A stretch of 63,403 bases of DNA, counting the filler, from Reticulomyxa filosa (lineage: Eukaryota; Protista; Foraminifera): the NCBI GenBank assembly GCA_000512085.1. It is 22 parts of 22 records of this genome, joined end to end, with 100 filler letters (N's around TTAATTAATTAA, not from the genome) between each part and the next. Parts side by side here need not be neighbours in the genome. Positions count along the whole stretch, not along the records: positions 24,286 to 25,380 come from ASPP01015728.1; positions 25,481 to 29,508 come from ASPP01005061.1; positions 29,609 to 32,072 come from ASPP01002470.1; positions 32,173 to 33,172 come from ASPP01036954.1; positions 33,273 to 35,595 come from ASPP01019777.1; positions 35,696 to 37,232 come from ASPP01022853.1; positions 37,333 to 44,137 come from ASPP01024077.1; 15 more parts are not named here. One strand, 5' to 3'. The notes below the pieces were generated by a model. That model searched no databases, was not told where the DNA came from, and saw only the letters and a list, made by a program, of their open reading frames with translations. The translations under genes were made by a program, and so were the position numbers. The first letter of the stretch is position 1. Every line of letters starts with the position of its first letter. Below, one piece after another: positions 25,083 through 37,480 of the stretch.

Positions 25083-25291
25083 ACGTATGTACACGCATGC
25101 AAACACAAAAGATGATAACGTGGTGTGTTCACTTGAACGAAACCACATGTTTTCGTTAGAAACTTGATAATGAGATGCATTGTTATCGATCGACGTGGCG
25201 ATCATTACGGGCAAAAGGTTCACAGACGCAACCAAAGGAATCAAAATCAATGACGCAGATAAAAACGTTGTTCTTGGATTTTTGACTTCTC
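24428..25291 (-). CDS. APC-superfamily amino acid/polyamine transporter (PUT/LAT-like), internal fragment
   Basis: Exon GEVKNPRTTFLSASLILIPLVASVNLLPVMIATS (family motif GEVxNP) followed by exon GYYQVISKQTVGQWF...IGTVAALIGLYNS; GTGAGT donor near 24431. Confidence 0.7.
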
Positions 25292-25570
25292 CTGCATTAT
25301 TTATTTATTTTTAATGGCACCGAAAGAACACATAACAAGTGTCAGTATACGTAAAAATTGAAAAAAAAAAAAAAAAAAAANNNNNNNNNNNNNNNNNNNN
25401 NNNNNNNNNNNNNNNNNNNNNNNNTTAATTAATTAANNNNNNNNNNNNNNNNNNNNNNNNNNNNNNNNNNNNNNNNNNNNTGTATATATGTATATATGTA
25501 TATATTTTTATAATATATTTCTATTGCTTTTTTTTTTTTTTAAATAAAATAAAATAAAATATAAAAAAAG

Positions 25571-25879
25571 ACTACTCTTCAACTTACCAAAATCAAATCC
25601 AATTATTCTATCATCGATTTCGATACTCGATGTCCTTGTGGTAAAGCCTTCAATGATACTACTCTCTTTGTTTTAGATCAACATTTAAATGTTGTCTATC
25701 ATTATTCTTGTTATCGACATTACGCTGGAGATGATGCCCCTGAAATACTCACGTTAACTGTTAATGACACCGACAGCAGGGATCTTCGTACTGAATCCTC
25801 GGCCGTAGGAAGTAGTCCGCTTAATACCTATCAACAACCCCCTCTAGACTTTTTACCCTTTGATGAGTCTCAATATTAA
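25571..25879 (+). CDS. Last exon of a Vps39/Vam6/TGFBRAP1-like protein (C-terminal Zn-finger domain)
   Basis: Met-less exon missed by the ORF track: after AG at 25569-25570 it reads TTLQLTKIKSNYSIIDFDTRCPCGKAFNDTTLFVLDQHLNVVYHYSC and ends at TAA 25877-25879; resembles the Vps39_2 pattern. Confidence 0.6.
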   Translation, partial: TTLQLTKIKSNYSIIDFDTRCPCGKAFNDTTLFVLDQHLNVVYHYSCYRHYAGDDAPEILTLTVNDTDSRDLRTESSAVGSSPLNTYQQPPLDFLPFDESQY

Positions 25880-26732
25880 CATTTCGACATTGTAAATTAT
25901 CATAAGTGATTGTTTTTTTTGCTCCCCAAAATGTTAAGATATCACCTTATCATTGCTTTTTTTTTCTCTTTGCTTGTAATGTTCATATTTGGAAAAAATG
26001 CAAGTGCTACTTCTTTTATATATTTGTTTGCTTGGTTGTATGTTTGTGTTGGTTTAAATAATAAAAAAGACATATGCAAATCTGATACTCTTGTTTTTTC
26101 TTATCAAATGAAACGTACGAATAGCTATTTGTAGATATCCGTGCGCAACTTTTTTTATATAGTTTTCCTTGATTTGTAGTGTTTTTTTTAATTAAAAAAT
26201 GATGTTTTTGTCCAGCACTTTTGAATATTAAGATGTAAGCGAGAAAAACGCTAATACATGTTTCAACGATAAAAAAGGTAATCGTTTTGAAGAACTACAT
26301 AGAGAATTGTTTTTCAAAAGAGAAATTAGACGAAAAATTTCTTTGTTGATATTGCCACATTTTCATGGCAATTAAAAAGCGCACAACTATCTTTAATTAT
26401 GAAATCAACTCTTACAGTGCCTAAAAGTGGCTTGGAACCTTTTCACCCTCATATTTTTCTGCATTTTTTGATTGGTTCATTTTTCTCATTCAATCCGTTC
26501 TATAAACTGATTGATCTTAGAAGGCTTACTCTGTCTTGCTTGATGAAAAGTAATTTTCAAAAAATAAATAAAGTAGAAATAGAGACATAAGCTTTAATGT
26601 TTAATTTTGTAAAGAAATATTTCTGTTTTGGATCGCACATGAAAGTTAACGTACAGCGAAAGATTTCCCCTTAAGTGAATTTTAGAGATTGGATTATAAT
26701 TTCATCTCACTGGTGTCTTTTCAAACTTAAAA

Positions 26733-27749
26733 ATGTTTCGTACTTGCATATCCAGCATTGGCTTGATTAGCCGCTCGTCACAGACAATAATCCCTTTAAC
26801 AAGATGCAAAAATGTGTGGAATATTTCTAGTGTGTCCCCAACAAAGCATGTAGTTGGATTAGGGCGTCGCACAATGTCAACACAGCAAAAAACGCAAAGA
26901 GACAATGCAACAGAGTCACAAGAAGACAAAGTTCAGTCAAAAGACAAGAGCCAAGCAGATGTAGAGAAAACGAATGCAACTGCCACTGAATATCTCCTTG
27001 AAGAAGAGCATTCCGATATTGATCTAGAAAGACAAAAGAGTCAAAAACAAGACAGAGATATCTTGGCCGAATACGAAACCAAGATTAAGGAATTGGAAGA
27101 AGGAGTAAACAAATGTAGAGAAGCTTATGCAATGACAGAAGCAGATATAATAAACCTTTCCAATAGAACCAAGAAAAATGTCGAAATTGCACGGACATCG
27201 GCAGTTCGCAAATTTTCCTCGGATATTCTATCGGTAGCGGATTGCCTGCAGCAAACGTTAGCTGCATTTGAGCAAAATATGGTAACGGATGAAATCAAGT
27301 CTCTAATCCAAGGCGTCAAATTAACGGAAAAGACAATATTGGATACTTTTGGAAAACATGGAATTCAAAAAGTTAAGTAACATTTAAGGAAAAAACGTGT
27401 GTTCAACATTTTTTATCTTTTTAGCAAAAAAGAAAAAAAACCGCGTATTTTCTCTTACTTTCTTTCCCTCCCCTTTCGATTCACCTTTATGTACCTTGCA
27501 ATCAATCTTAATTTTGGATTTTTGGCTTGTTTGTGAATTACAAAGATACAATGTCAAGAGGGAGTAAAATTTGATTCCACCTACCATGAAGCACAGTCTC
27601 ACATATCGACGACACAATGTCCACCAGGGACAGTGGTTAAAGTGCTGTCACAAGGATATACTTTGAATAATGAAGTTCTTCGGCCTGCAAAAGTTGAGGT
27701 TGCTGCTTCTTCGGATGCTAAAAAAGAAGACAGTGAAAAATCACAATAG
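26733..27749 (+). CDS. MGE1: Mitochondrial GrpE nucleotide exchange factor, two exons (26733-27371, 27546-27749)
   Basis: Arg/Ser-rich N-terminal presequence lacking acidic residues; KFSSDILSVADCL, IQGVKLTEK, FDSTYHEA, GTVVKVLSQGYTLNNEVLRPAKVEV. Phase-0 GT-AG intron; TAG ends at 27749. Confidence 0.93.
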
Positions 27750-29615
27750 AAACATTAATTTTGATTTTTTAGTAAGTTTGGTCGCCTCTTCTCCAACCGT
27801 TGTACGTTTGTGAGTTAATGTTAGGGCAATAGCCTCAACAGAGTAAAAAACACACTTAATCTTGCTATAAAAGCAGGGATTTTTTTCTTAATCTTTTTTT
27901 TTTACTGAGTTGGTTTAGATTTTGCTTTAAAACGTTTAAATTATTATCGTTTCTCACCCTTCGGGGTGCACGAAAATTTCTGGAAATTGTTGTCAAAAAA
28001 GGGAATAGCATATGATAAGTTTTCTAAAAAAATTTTAAAAATACATCACTGTCAACACTTTTGTTGAATTTTTGCTTTAAATGGGAGTGATAGTGTTTTC
28101 TTTTTTTTCTTAAAAAAGGAGTTGATCATTGAATGATTTGTTGAACGTACATAAAAAAAAAGAATAATTGAAATTAATTGTTGTGTGAGAAAAAAAACAA
28201 TACTACGTTAAAAGTAAAAAATCAATGACTAATTTTTTTGTAGAGATTATAATGAAAAGTAATAAGTCAGGAATGATTACTTTTGATTGGGCCAATCTAT
28301 ACTTTTTTGAAAGAAAATGACATAATTTGGGAAGTGTATGTAAGAAACTAAACAACAAAAAATAGTACACATAAAATATATTAAGATGATTTGGAAGATA
28401 CCGATTATATTGCGTTGATAATCATATCCAATTAGCACGTGCATTATTGTAAACTCATGATAAATGAAAATTTCACATTATGAATATTATTTACTTTCTG
28501 TTTGAAAAATCAATATTTTAAAAAATCTACAAATTTGCGATTATTTCGAAATGCATTGATATTTGTACAATTTTCTTTTGCTTTTATTTTTACTTGCTTT
28601 TTTGACTAATTAAAGAATTGATCTTTTTGAAGTTTAATATTTTCAAATAAACTAGCGACAACATGTTGATATTGATTATTTCTTGATCCAAGAATTGAAT
28701 ACAATTAAGTAGTCATATGTTACATTGTACTTGAATATGTTAACGTGTGATATATTTTGTACTATTTTATTTTGAATATAGATTATAGAAAAATGTGATA
28801 TGTAGCTGAATGTGTTGCGTTTATATTAATTTTATAGATGTAATGGATTTAACGTTAACAGTTGAACAGCAGAATAGCTTACGTAATCATCTGAAAAATA
28901 CAGATGTAATACTGTAACTGGACGAAGAGAAAAAATATAAAAACACTCTTGCTAACATCAGACTCAAACTTTGTCATTTTACAATTATAGATTTAAAAAA
29001 TGTTGATATTTAGTTCTAAATGATATTAATAGACAAGTCTGTAATATACACATCGAAATTATATTGCACTAAATAAGAAAAATGCAGTCAATACCAGAAA
29101 AAGAATAAAGACAGCTTTGATTACATAAACTAAAAATTTAAGAACCAGAAACTAAAAAAAGGTAATAATGACTAGAAACGAAAAGAAAGTAATCATATAA
29201 CGATAAACAAAAGTAAATTCATAATGATGCTAATTAACAAAAAAATTTTATAGCGCATCAATTCATAAATTATAATTGTAATACTACATATTTTATTATT
29301 GAAAGCATTTGCAATAAAGCAAAAGTAAAAGAATAATAACAAAAACAAAATAAATGAAACAAAAAATACAGTAGGAAAAAAAAGAAAGTTGAAACCTAAA
29401 ATGCCACCTTATTGAGATTATTATGTTTCTCCATGAAAAAATAACATTTTACCAAAATTTTTTTAAAATATCTATGAATCGTGTAGTTTTTAAATATCAT
29501 TTTGGTTTNNNNNNNNNNNNNNNNNNNNNNNNNNNNNNNNNNNNNNNNNNNNTTAATTAATTAANNNNNNNNNNNNNNNNNNNNNNNNNNNNNNNNNNNN
29601 NNNNNNNNAAAAAAG

Positions 29616-30242
29616 AGTACATGGCTCCCGAAGTTTGTTTATATATATATATTTTTTTTTTTTTATACGTATATACTTATATATTATTATTATTGTTTAT
29701 AAAGTACTACTTTTTTGATACTCTATGAACAGGTCGAAAATGTTGGAAAGACAATCAAAACATTCAATCCGTTTGCTGCAGATGTGTGGGCACTGGGAGT
29801 ATGCTTGTGGGTGCTGATATTTAGGGATTATCCATTTGGCTCATTTCAGTCGTCCTCGACAGATCTCCACAAAGACAATGATAAAACTTTCGCCTGTCTC
29901 GAAACGAAGATGCAAACCCAATGCTTGTATCCTATGATCACCTCAACCATCTTTGGTTAGTTAACTTGAACTGCCCCCTTTTTTTTTTTTTTTTTTTTTT
30001 AAAAGTGCTTGCATGTATTTATCCTTTGACTTTGTACACGTGCATGCAGATCTATTCAAAAGCATCTTTCAATCTGAAACTAAGCGAATAACTGCTGCCG
30101 ATCTCGCAAGAACCAATTTTTTTGAAAAGGTATGATAAAACGGGGCCTTGCATTCATTCTATTGACTTTGCTTGTTTTATGTTATGTTTAGGCACAAACA
30201 CACGACAACGCTGGCGATGATGAAAACAAATGCAATGAGTGA
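29616..30242 (+). CDS. Ser/Thr protein kinase, C-lobe fragment (subdomains VIII-XI)
   Basis: YMAPE, intron, then FNPFAADVWALGVCLWVLIFRDYPF, then LFKSIFQSETKRITA; TGA at 30240-30242. Confidence 0.88.
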
Positions 30243-30687
30243 ATGTAATTAATGGACATGTTGATTGTGATTATTATTTTTTTTTTTTTTCAAAAAATTT
30301 AAATTTATTTTTGTTCTATTGTTACTCACGGTTGGTCGGACAAATTGGTTTTTTTTTTTACAAACTCTCTATGTTTTTGATTTGAGAACTTGACTTCTTA
30401 CTATGTTACCTTGGTGCTGGAGAAAACATTCAAGGATATGATAACACTCAGGAAGGTAGACCAAGGAAGAGAAAATATCTCTGTCGTTTGGATAAATAAA
30501 ACATTAATTGTAATCACAGTATCTGATTTATTTTTTCCTTGTGTTTGCAAAGTATCGTTCCAAAATATGAAAAACAATGAAAAGATAAGTTTTTCATTGG
30601 GTTGTATGAACATAACAATAACAATAATAATAATAATCCGTTTCAAAGAAGAGAAAGATTGATTGAACTTAATATCTCTGTAGAAAC

Positions 30688-31708
30688 ATGGGCGTGGATG
30701 GACTAAGCACATATGCTCGGAAATGCGAACAGCGGATGTTGTTGCCAGCAGTGAATCTGAACATGAGCCCTACTTTCAATTACCGTTATGTGATAATCGA
30801 CGGGGCATCGTATCTTTGGAACACGATGAAAGGCGACTTCCACATGGACTACGAGTCGCTCCGACAAAAGTGTCAAGTCAATGCAACAATGAAGAGAGGA
30901 GGGAGCAAACTGTTGTGTGTGTGTATAAGAATATCAAGAGAGGAATAAAAAAAAAAACAAATAAATCTAGGAGTTGGTAAAATGGTTTGTATGTTGCGGA
31001 ATGGAAGTGATAGTGATGATAGATGGTAATGTCACCACCGACAAATTGAACACATGGCTGAGTCGTCGAGCGGAGCGAATGGACGCATTACGCGAGTTGA
31101 ACGAGCGATTGAAGCGCAACGGGTCGATCTGCGAAAGCGTGTTTGTGGACAGCAGCAATTGGTTTGCGCCCAATGGCTCGTACTTTTACATTGGACAAGT
31201 GTTTGCGTCGATCCATCATTGCCGAGTGATCTACGCGCAGACAGATTGCGATCGAGAAATGGTGGGTTACGCAAGCGTGTTGGGAGACCAGTGCTACGCC
31301 ATCGCGGGCAACGACAGCGACTTTTTCATCTTCGATGTGCCGTTGTACATTCAACTCCGTTCGCTGCATTTCAGTTATCGCGCAAAGTGTTTGGACTTTG
31401 TGGGTTGTTATCATCGTGACTTTTTATCTGCCGTTGAGTTGTGAGATTGACAAGAGAGAAGGAATTAAATAAAAAAAAAAATAAATAAATATATATATAT
31501 ATTGTATATAATGACTTAGGTGAAACTGAAACAACAACAACTACCTCAATTAGCATCGATCTTGGGCTGTGATGTGTTGAACAAGAGCGAGGGTCACATG
31601 ACTACGCTCTTGGATCAACATTATTGTCGTAACAAATCACCCGTGGACATGGTCGCCAACTACTTGAGAGGATTGGAATGGAAACAAAATAATAATAATA
31701 ATAATAAC

Positions 31709-31741
<33 letters not shown>

Positions 31742-32072
31742 AACAGAAAAAAATACAATGGGATTTCGCACTCACTGAAACGACGGTTTCGTACTGCCGA
31801 CTTCTTTTATACTGCGGTAATGCCGCTGGATATGTGCGCTCATCCTTTGCTGGCCTCACTATGGATGAACAGCGTCAGCGACTATTTCGATAGCATGCCG
31901 ATATCCAATGTCGGTGGTGTCCATGCCAAAGGCAAGCGCAATCAGCGGCTCAAATGCAACCCTTGCGACTCTTCAAAGTATGTTGCAATTGAACTGAGTT
32001 GCGCAGCTTTGTTTGATGCCAATTATGACGATATCACTTACTTGTCCCCTTCTTCTTCTTCTTCTTCTTCTT
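30688..32072 (+). CDS. XPG/FEN1-like PIN-domain protein of the Asteroid (ASTE1)/FAM120 type, 3'-partial
   Basis: MGVDGLSTY, IIDGASYLW, VMIDG...DKLNTWLSRR, TDCDREMV, IAGNDSDFFIFD, LPQLASILGCD; introns near 30877-30970 and 31441-31519. Confidence 0.82.
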
Positions 32073-35000
32073 NNNNNNNNNNNNNNNNNNNNNNNNNNNN
32101 NNNNNNNNNNNNNNNNTTAATTAATTAANNNNNNNNNNNNNNNNNNNNNNNNNNNNNNNNNNNNNNNNNNNNAGGATTGGAATCACTCAGCACATGTGAT
32201 GAAGTGTGCAATTCTGTTGAAATGATTCATTGTCACAAATGATAAGATAACACGCATATTGTATTGATTTGACACACGCTCCTTGTGATCAATTTCAATT
32301 GATGTTTTTTCATTACATCATTTTAAAACCTTGCTTGTTATTTTTGGAAGACTATTGCTATCGAAAGAATTATCACTTTTATGATACTTTGGTATTGATC
32401 TTAGATATCCAAATGAAAGCAAAACTAGTTTAAGACATAGCTGTGAAATCTAAATTCATTATATATATGTAAATTATTGCTGCTATTATCAATTAATGAC
32501 GGCAATCTGTTTTTAAATTTTTTTTTGTTTTTGTTTTAATAACAACTTCTCCATAAATTAATATTTCTAAATTATATCTTATGTATTGTTGATGTTGAAA
32601 AATTGGAAAGGTAAAGAGCTAATCTGTTGATCATTTGATCATTTGGTGAAAACACTATATCATATATTTGAAAGTGGAAGTAGGAACAATCCAACATAAA
32701 ACAGTAGGCAAAAATTGTTTCTTCTCATAACTCTTCCAGCCACAGCGTTATCTTTTTTCATTTGTCCTATTGCTTTTTTTCTCATTTGTATTTCAATTCA
32801 AAGTTTATCTTAAGCATTTTTATCACTTTTTCATTGTTAAGAAATTCCATCCAAGCTTACTAAATGTGTGTCCTTATTTTTTTCTTTTTTGTCAATGAAA
32901 TAATATTTTATTCAAAAAAAAAACTAGAGGTTTTTGTTAAAATTAGAATGACTTTAAAAGGATTTTTTGTTGAATGAAACATACAAACAACAAAATTGTG
33001 TGCATGGATAATTGGACCATGTTGTGTTCTTAACATGTTCATCATTTTGAATCAAGTTGTTATTTTTAAATTTTTTTTCATAGCTTCATATGAATTAATC
33101 AATTCAAGTATTACTTTTTTATTTCATCAACATAAATTAATTGATTAATATTAGTTCATTTTTATTAAAAATNNNNNNNNNNNNNNNNNNNNNNNNNNNN
33201 NNNNNNNNNNNNNNNNTTAATTAATTAANNNNNNNNNNNNNNNNNNNNNNNNNNNNNNNNNNNNNNNNNNNNTCGCAGCAAATTTGTCATTCAAACGTAT
33301 CGCTGCTAATTCTTATCATCGATTTGCACAATTTCGCTGGCTGTGTTGCAAGTGCTATCCCATTCTACAATGTTAAGTTGTTTTTTTTTATATATTTTTT
33401 TTAAAAAAAGGAAACAAACAAAAAATTGTATATATATCATACAGATTGTCAAGTATACGTAATGATGCGATGGTATTGCAAAGTTGGTCATTGACAGACG
33501 GCGATGGAGATTCCAACGTATGGTTCGACCAGCAACCGCTGGTACAAGTCGTGAATAAAAATCCGTCTCCATTACCCGATTGCCAATTGCATGCCCTTAA
33601 GGCGATTGAAGCGCTATTGGCGCAAATAAGAGAAATGAACAGAACGCAACCGACGAGCAATTCTATTGCAAGTCGGCCGTGATGTTTATACTCTTTTTGT
33701 GCAAAGAGGCGCTGATTTCGTCAATAAGTGGCTTCCAGTGGCAGCTATGCAGTCAATACAATATCAGCATGACTGTGGGTACCAACTGACTCGCTTGCAT
33801 TCACACATTGCTCCAGTTCCAACACGACAATTATGTTTACATATTCACGATCAATAATGATGTGCACGCATACAAACAATTCCATTGTATCCAATCCACG
33901 TCGACTATGTCCTGCTGTCAAGTTATCTTTTTTTTATTTTTGCGAAATAGATATTCTATCTTGGCTGTGACTTGTGTATAGTATAATTGTAGAGCTTGGA
34001 GATATGAACAAAGCGGCGCAAATAATTGTGCAAATTGGAGAAGCCGCAAATGATAATTGAATTCCACTACTTATCATTGTGGTCCACTCAATGCGAGTTG
34101 CGGATTACAATATTGTGCACCATAGAAGGTAAAATCTTTTTTTTTGTTTGTGTGCAATCTGTAACTATATGTTGTGTGTTTGTCACAATAGAATCCCCCC
34201 CCCAACTGTGATTAGAAAAAAAAGAAGAAGAATCAGGGGTAGAAACCACCCCCGTCTCCAAAAGGAGAAAAAAAGGTTTGTCTTATTCATATCTTTTTTT
34301 TTTTTTTTTTATGTATACATATAAAAATGTTTTATGTTTTGTACATAGGTTCCCCCGTCCGCAATGTCGTATCGTCTGGTCCTATCTCCACACACACAAA
34401 ATAAAAATAAGAAAATAAAAAATGAAAAATTAAAAAGAAAATCGGGGTCGAAATCCACCCCGCCTCCGAAAGGAGAAAAAAAAGTATGATTATGTTTGTA
34501 TTTATGTTTTTTTATAACTTTTATTATACAACGTGGTATGTTTGTGTTTATGATTTGAAGTAATAGGAATTCCCCCTTCAAAGAAAAAAAATTTATATGT
34601 TTATTTTTTATTTATTTATTGTATTACCAATCCCCCCCCCAAAAAAAACAAAAGTTTGTTAAGTGTTTATATAGGAAAAAAAAAAATATACCTGAGCTCG
34701 AATGGATCTTCTTGTTGCAGTTAAACGCTTCTTTTTTTGTTTTTTTAAAAAATTATAAAGTGTGAATTTGTTGTGTACAGATATAGGTACATATGTAAAA
34801 AAAATTTAAGTGGTATGGAAGAAAAAAAATTTAAGGGGGGTTTAAAAATGTAGTAAAAAAAAATAGAATAATAAATTAAAAAAAAGGGAAATGAAGAAGG
34901 GGAAAAAAAAAAAGATAATAATAAAAAAGAAAATGGAAAAAAAAGAAAAAGGAAATAGAAAAAGAAATAGAAAAAGAAATAGAAAAAAGAAAGAAAAAAA

Positions 35001-35969
35001 GAAAAAAAGGAAAAAAGAAAATAGTAAAAAAAAAAAGAAATAAAAATAAAATGAAAAAAAAAAGAAAGTGGAAGAAAAAAAAATTCAAAAAATAAAATTA
35101 CAAAAATTACTTTTTTAAATTTTTTGATTGGAATTGTTGCTCGTGCGAGGACGACAACAATAGTTAAGTGTTTTTTTTTTTGTTTGTTTATTTAAATATA
35201 ATAACATACTTATAATATTATAGAATTTGTATTGGACTCGATCATTCGCGTAATTAAATTCGACTTAAAGATGTGGTGAATATATAAAGTGGGTGTTTGT
35301 CAAGAAGCAAGCATTTTGCACTATATTCGGCGGCATAATACAATCAACAGTGCGAATTTTCATTGTTATATTCAACGGAGCTGCTGTATCATTTTCCACA
35401 CTTTATTTGTTGGCGATAACGCATCAATCATACTAGTGTATATGAATAAATATTTATTCGTCGCTCGGATGATGTTTCTATGGACATACATGAATATCAT
35501 CTACCCGCATTTCAAATTACCGATAATGCGCTTCCGACAGCATCCAGAACTCGCTATTCAACATACAAGCTATTCCTGAAAATGAAGTTGTATATNNNNN
35601 NNNNNNNNNNNNNNNNNNNNNNNNNNNNNNNNNNNNNNNTTAATTAATTAANNNNNNNNNNNNNNNNNNNNNNNNNNNNNNNNNNNNNNNNNNNNTTTTG
35701 CGCGAGATCAGATATATACAAGATAACAAACGAAATACCCAAATGAACAGTCGAAACAAATAATAATAACAAGAAAGAATGGCGAACAAAATTAAGACAA
35801 TTTTTTATTAAATAAGCCGAAATGGCATAGCAACAACATTAACATGCATTTCTTTAATAATAAGTATTTAAATTTTATTTTTTGTTTTAGTTTGCTTAAA
35901 AGAGGTGAATTGAATATCAATATTTCTAACTGAGAGAGTTAGAAGTGCTTTCCAGCGTATCTTAACTTC

Positions 35970-36633
35970 AGTTGCTTTAAGACTATCAATGTACAACTGG
36001 GATAGTAACCCTTTTACTGGAAACGGGAGGCTTGCGAGAGAAGGTCGAACATTGCTTTCATTAAGATTGTAGACACCTTTGAGAAATTAGCAATATTGAG
36101 GCAAATACAGTGTTTTTTCTGTTTGGCAGAACTACGATAGTCGGGTAACTTCTACAGAACCTCTGGCAAAACCGAAATCCAAAGCTGATAACAAGTGATG
36201 AAAAAAAAATTTAATTAATACTAACTTTTCTTAAAAAGTTGTATTTTGAAAGAAATTTTGAAAGTCAAGTAAAGGATTTCCAACGTCGAAAGAAACTAAA
36301 AAATTTTTTTTATTCTAACATTGTGAGTGGAATGTGGCTTTTTACCTTTTGTTATTGTTTTTGGCAACGTTTTTCGTTGCAATTCATTTTCAAGTGTTAT
36401 CGTCGTTGGCTCAGCTAGTGTGTTGTGTGCTTTGATTTTAAACTACACGAAGTTGCTTTAAGAGTACCGAGCGCAAACTCGAATAGCCCTTTTACTGGAA
36501 ATATCGAACATTGCTTGCCTTAAGACTGTATGACACCTTTGAGAAATTGGCAATCTCGAGGCAAATACCTCCGAGGATCGGGTATCTTCTACTGAACCTT
36601 GGGCAAAACCGAAACTCACTCGCTGATAACAAG
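35970..36633 (+). repeat. Degenerate direct repeat pair (35970-36195 and 36451-36633)
   Basis: Shared blocks AGTTGCTTTAAGA, CCCTTTTACTGGAAA, TCGAACATTGCTT, GACACCTTTGAGAAATT, GGCAAAACCGAAA and GCTGATAACAAG occur in the same order. Confidence 0.8.
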
Positions 36634-37332
36634 GTATTGATATATCTGATCCAAAATGACGTCGAGACGTCGACACAAAAGGCACAAAAAGAATAGCCAT
36701 AAAACGAAAAAACCAGATGATTGATTAACGGATGAAACTGCGAAGAAAGCAAAGCATCAATCTTCAACATTTCAAGTTGTATTGCATAGCTCAAGTATGC
36801 AATAAAACGAAAAAAAAAAGATTGATGAAATCACATTCGAAAATGTGTGGAAGAAAAATATGCAGTTGATATAAGCTTAAAACTTCAATGATGCCAAGAA
36901 TGGACAAATCGAACAAAAAGAAATCGAGATGGTAAACAAATTGTAAGGCAGCCAAGATGTGAAATTTATCGCAAGATCAGATATCGAACAACCAGAATAC
37001 CAAACAGAATTTTCCAGCGAATAATTGCAATTAAAAATTCACACAATTGATTATTTTAAGTATTAAATTTTAATTTTTGTTTTAATTTTTTCTAATTTGT
37101 TAAAAGAAGCGAATTGAATATCAATATTTTATGAGACCTTAACACTTCGAAAACAATTCAGTTGAGCAACGCTCCTATAATTCCCCCTAAAAAAAATATA
37201 ATCCCCCTTTCATCATTGAAGGCAACCAAGCCNNNNNNNNNNNNNNNNNNNNNNNNNNNNNNNNNNNNNNNNNNNNTTAATTAATTAANNNNNNNNNNNN
37301 NNNNNNNNNNNNNNNNNNNNNNNNNNNNNNNN

Positions 37333-37480
37333 GAGCAAGAGGGGACATAAAAACGATCAAGAGTTTGCACAAAAACGAGCAAGAGTTTGCACAAAAACTA
37401 GCAAGAGTGTGCACAAAAATGAGCAAGAATTTGCACAAAAACTAGCAAGATGGAACGAAAAATGAGCAAGAGGGGAACAC
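37333..37480. repeat. 22-bp minisatellite, about 6.5 units, at contig start
   Basis: Consensus GAGCAAGAGTTTGCACAAAAAC, head to tail without spacers. Confidence 0.88.

Noticed and set aside
32173-33172. Coding remnant on the minus strand of this contig
   Set aside because: Only short stop-interrupted pieces with no assignable family.
34860-35100. Phe-rich membrane ORF 34876-35088
   Set aside because: Translation of an A/G-rich low-complexity tract.
36484-36502. U5 snRNA loop 1 (CCTTTTAC) in the repeated unit
   Set aside because: No complementary flanking stem and no suitably placed Sm site.
37333-37480. CRISPR array
   Set aside because: Units abut with no unique spacers, there are no cas genes, and the context is eukaryotic.
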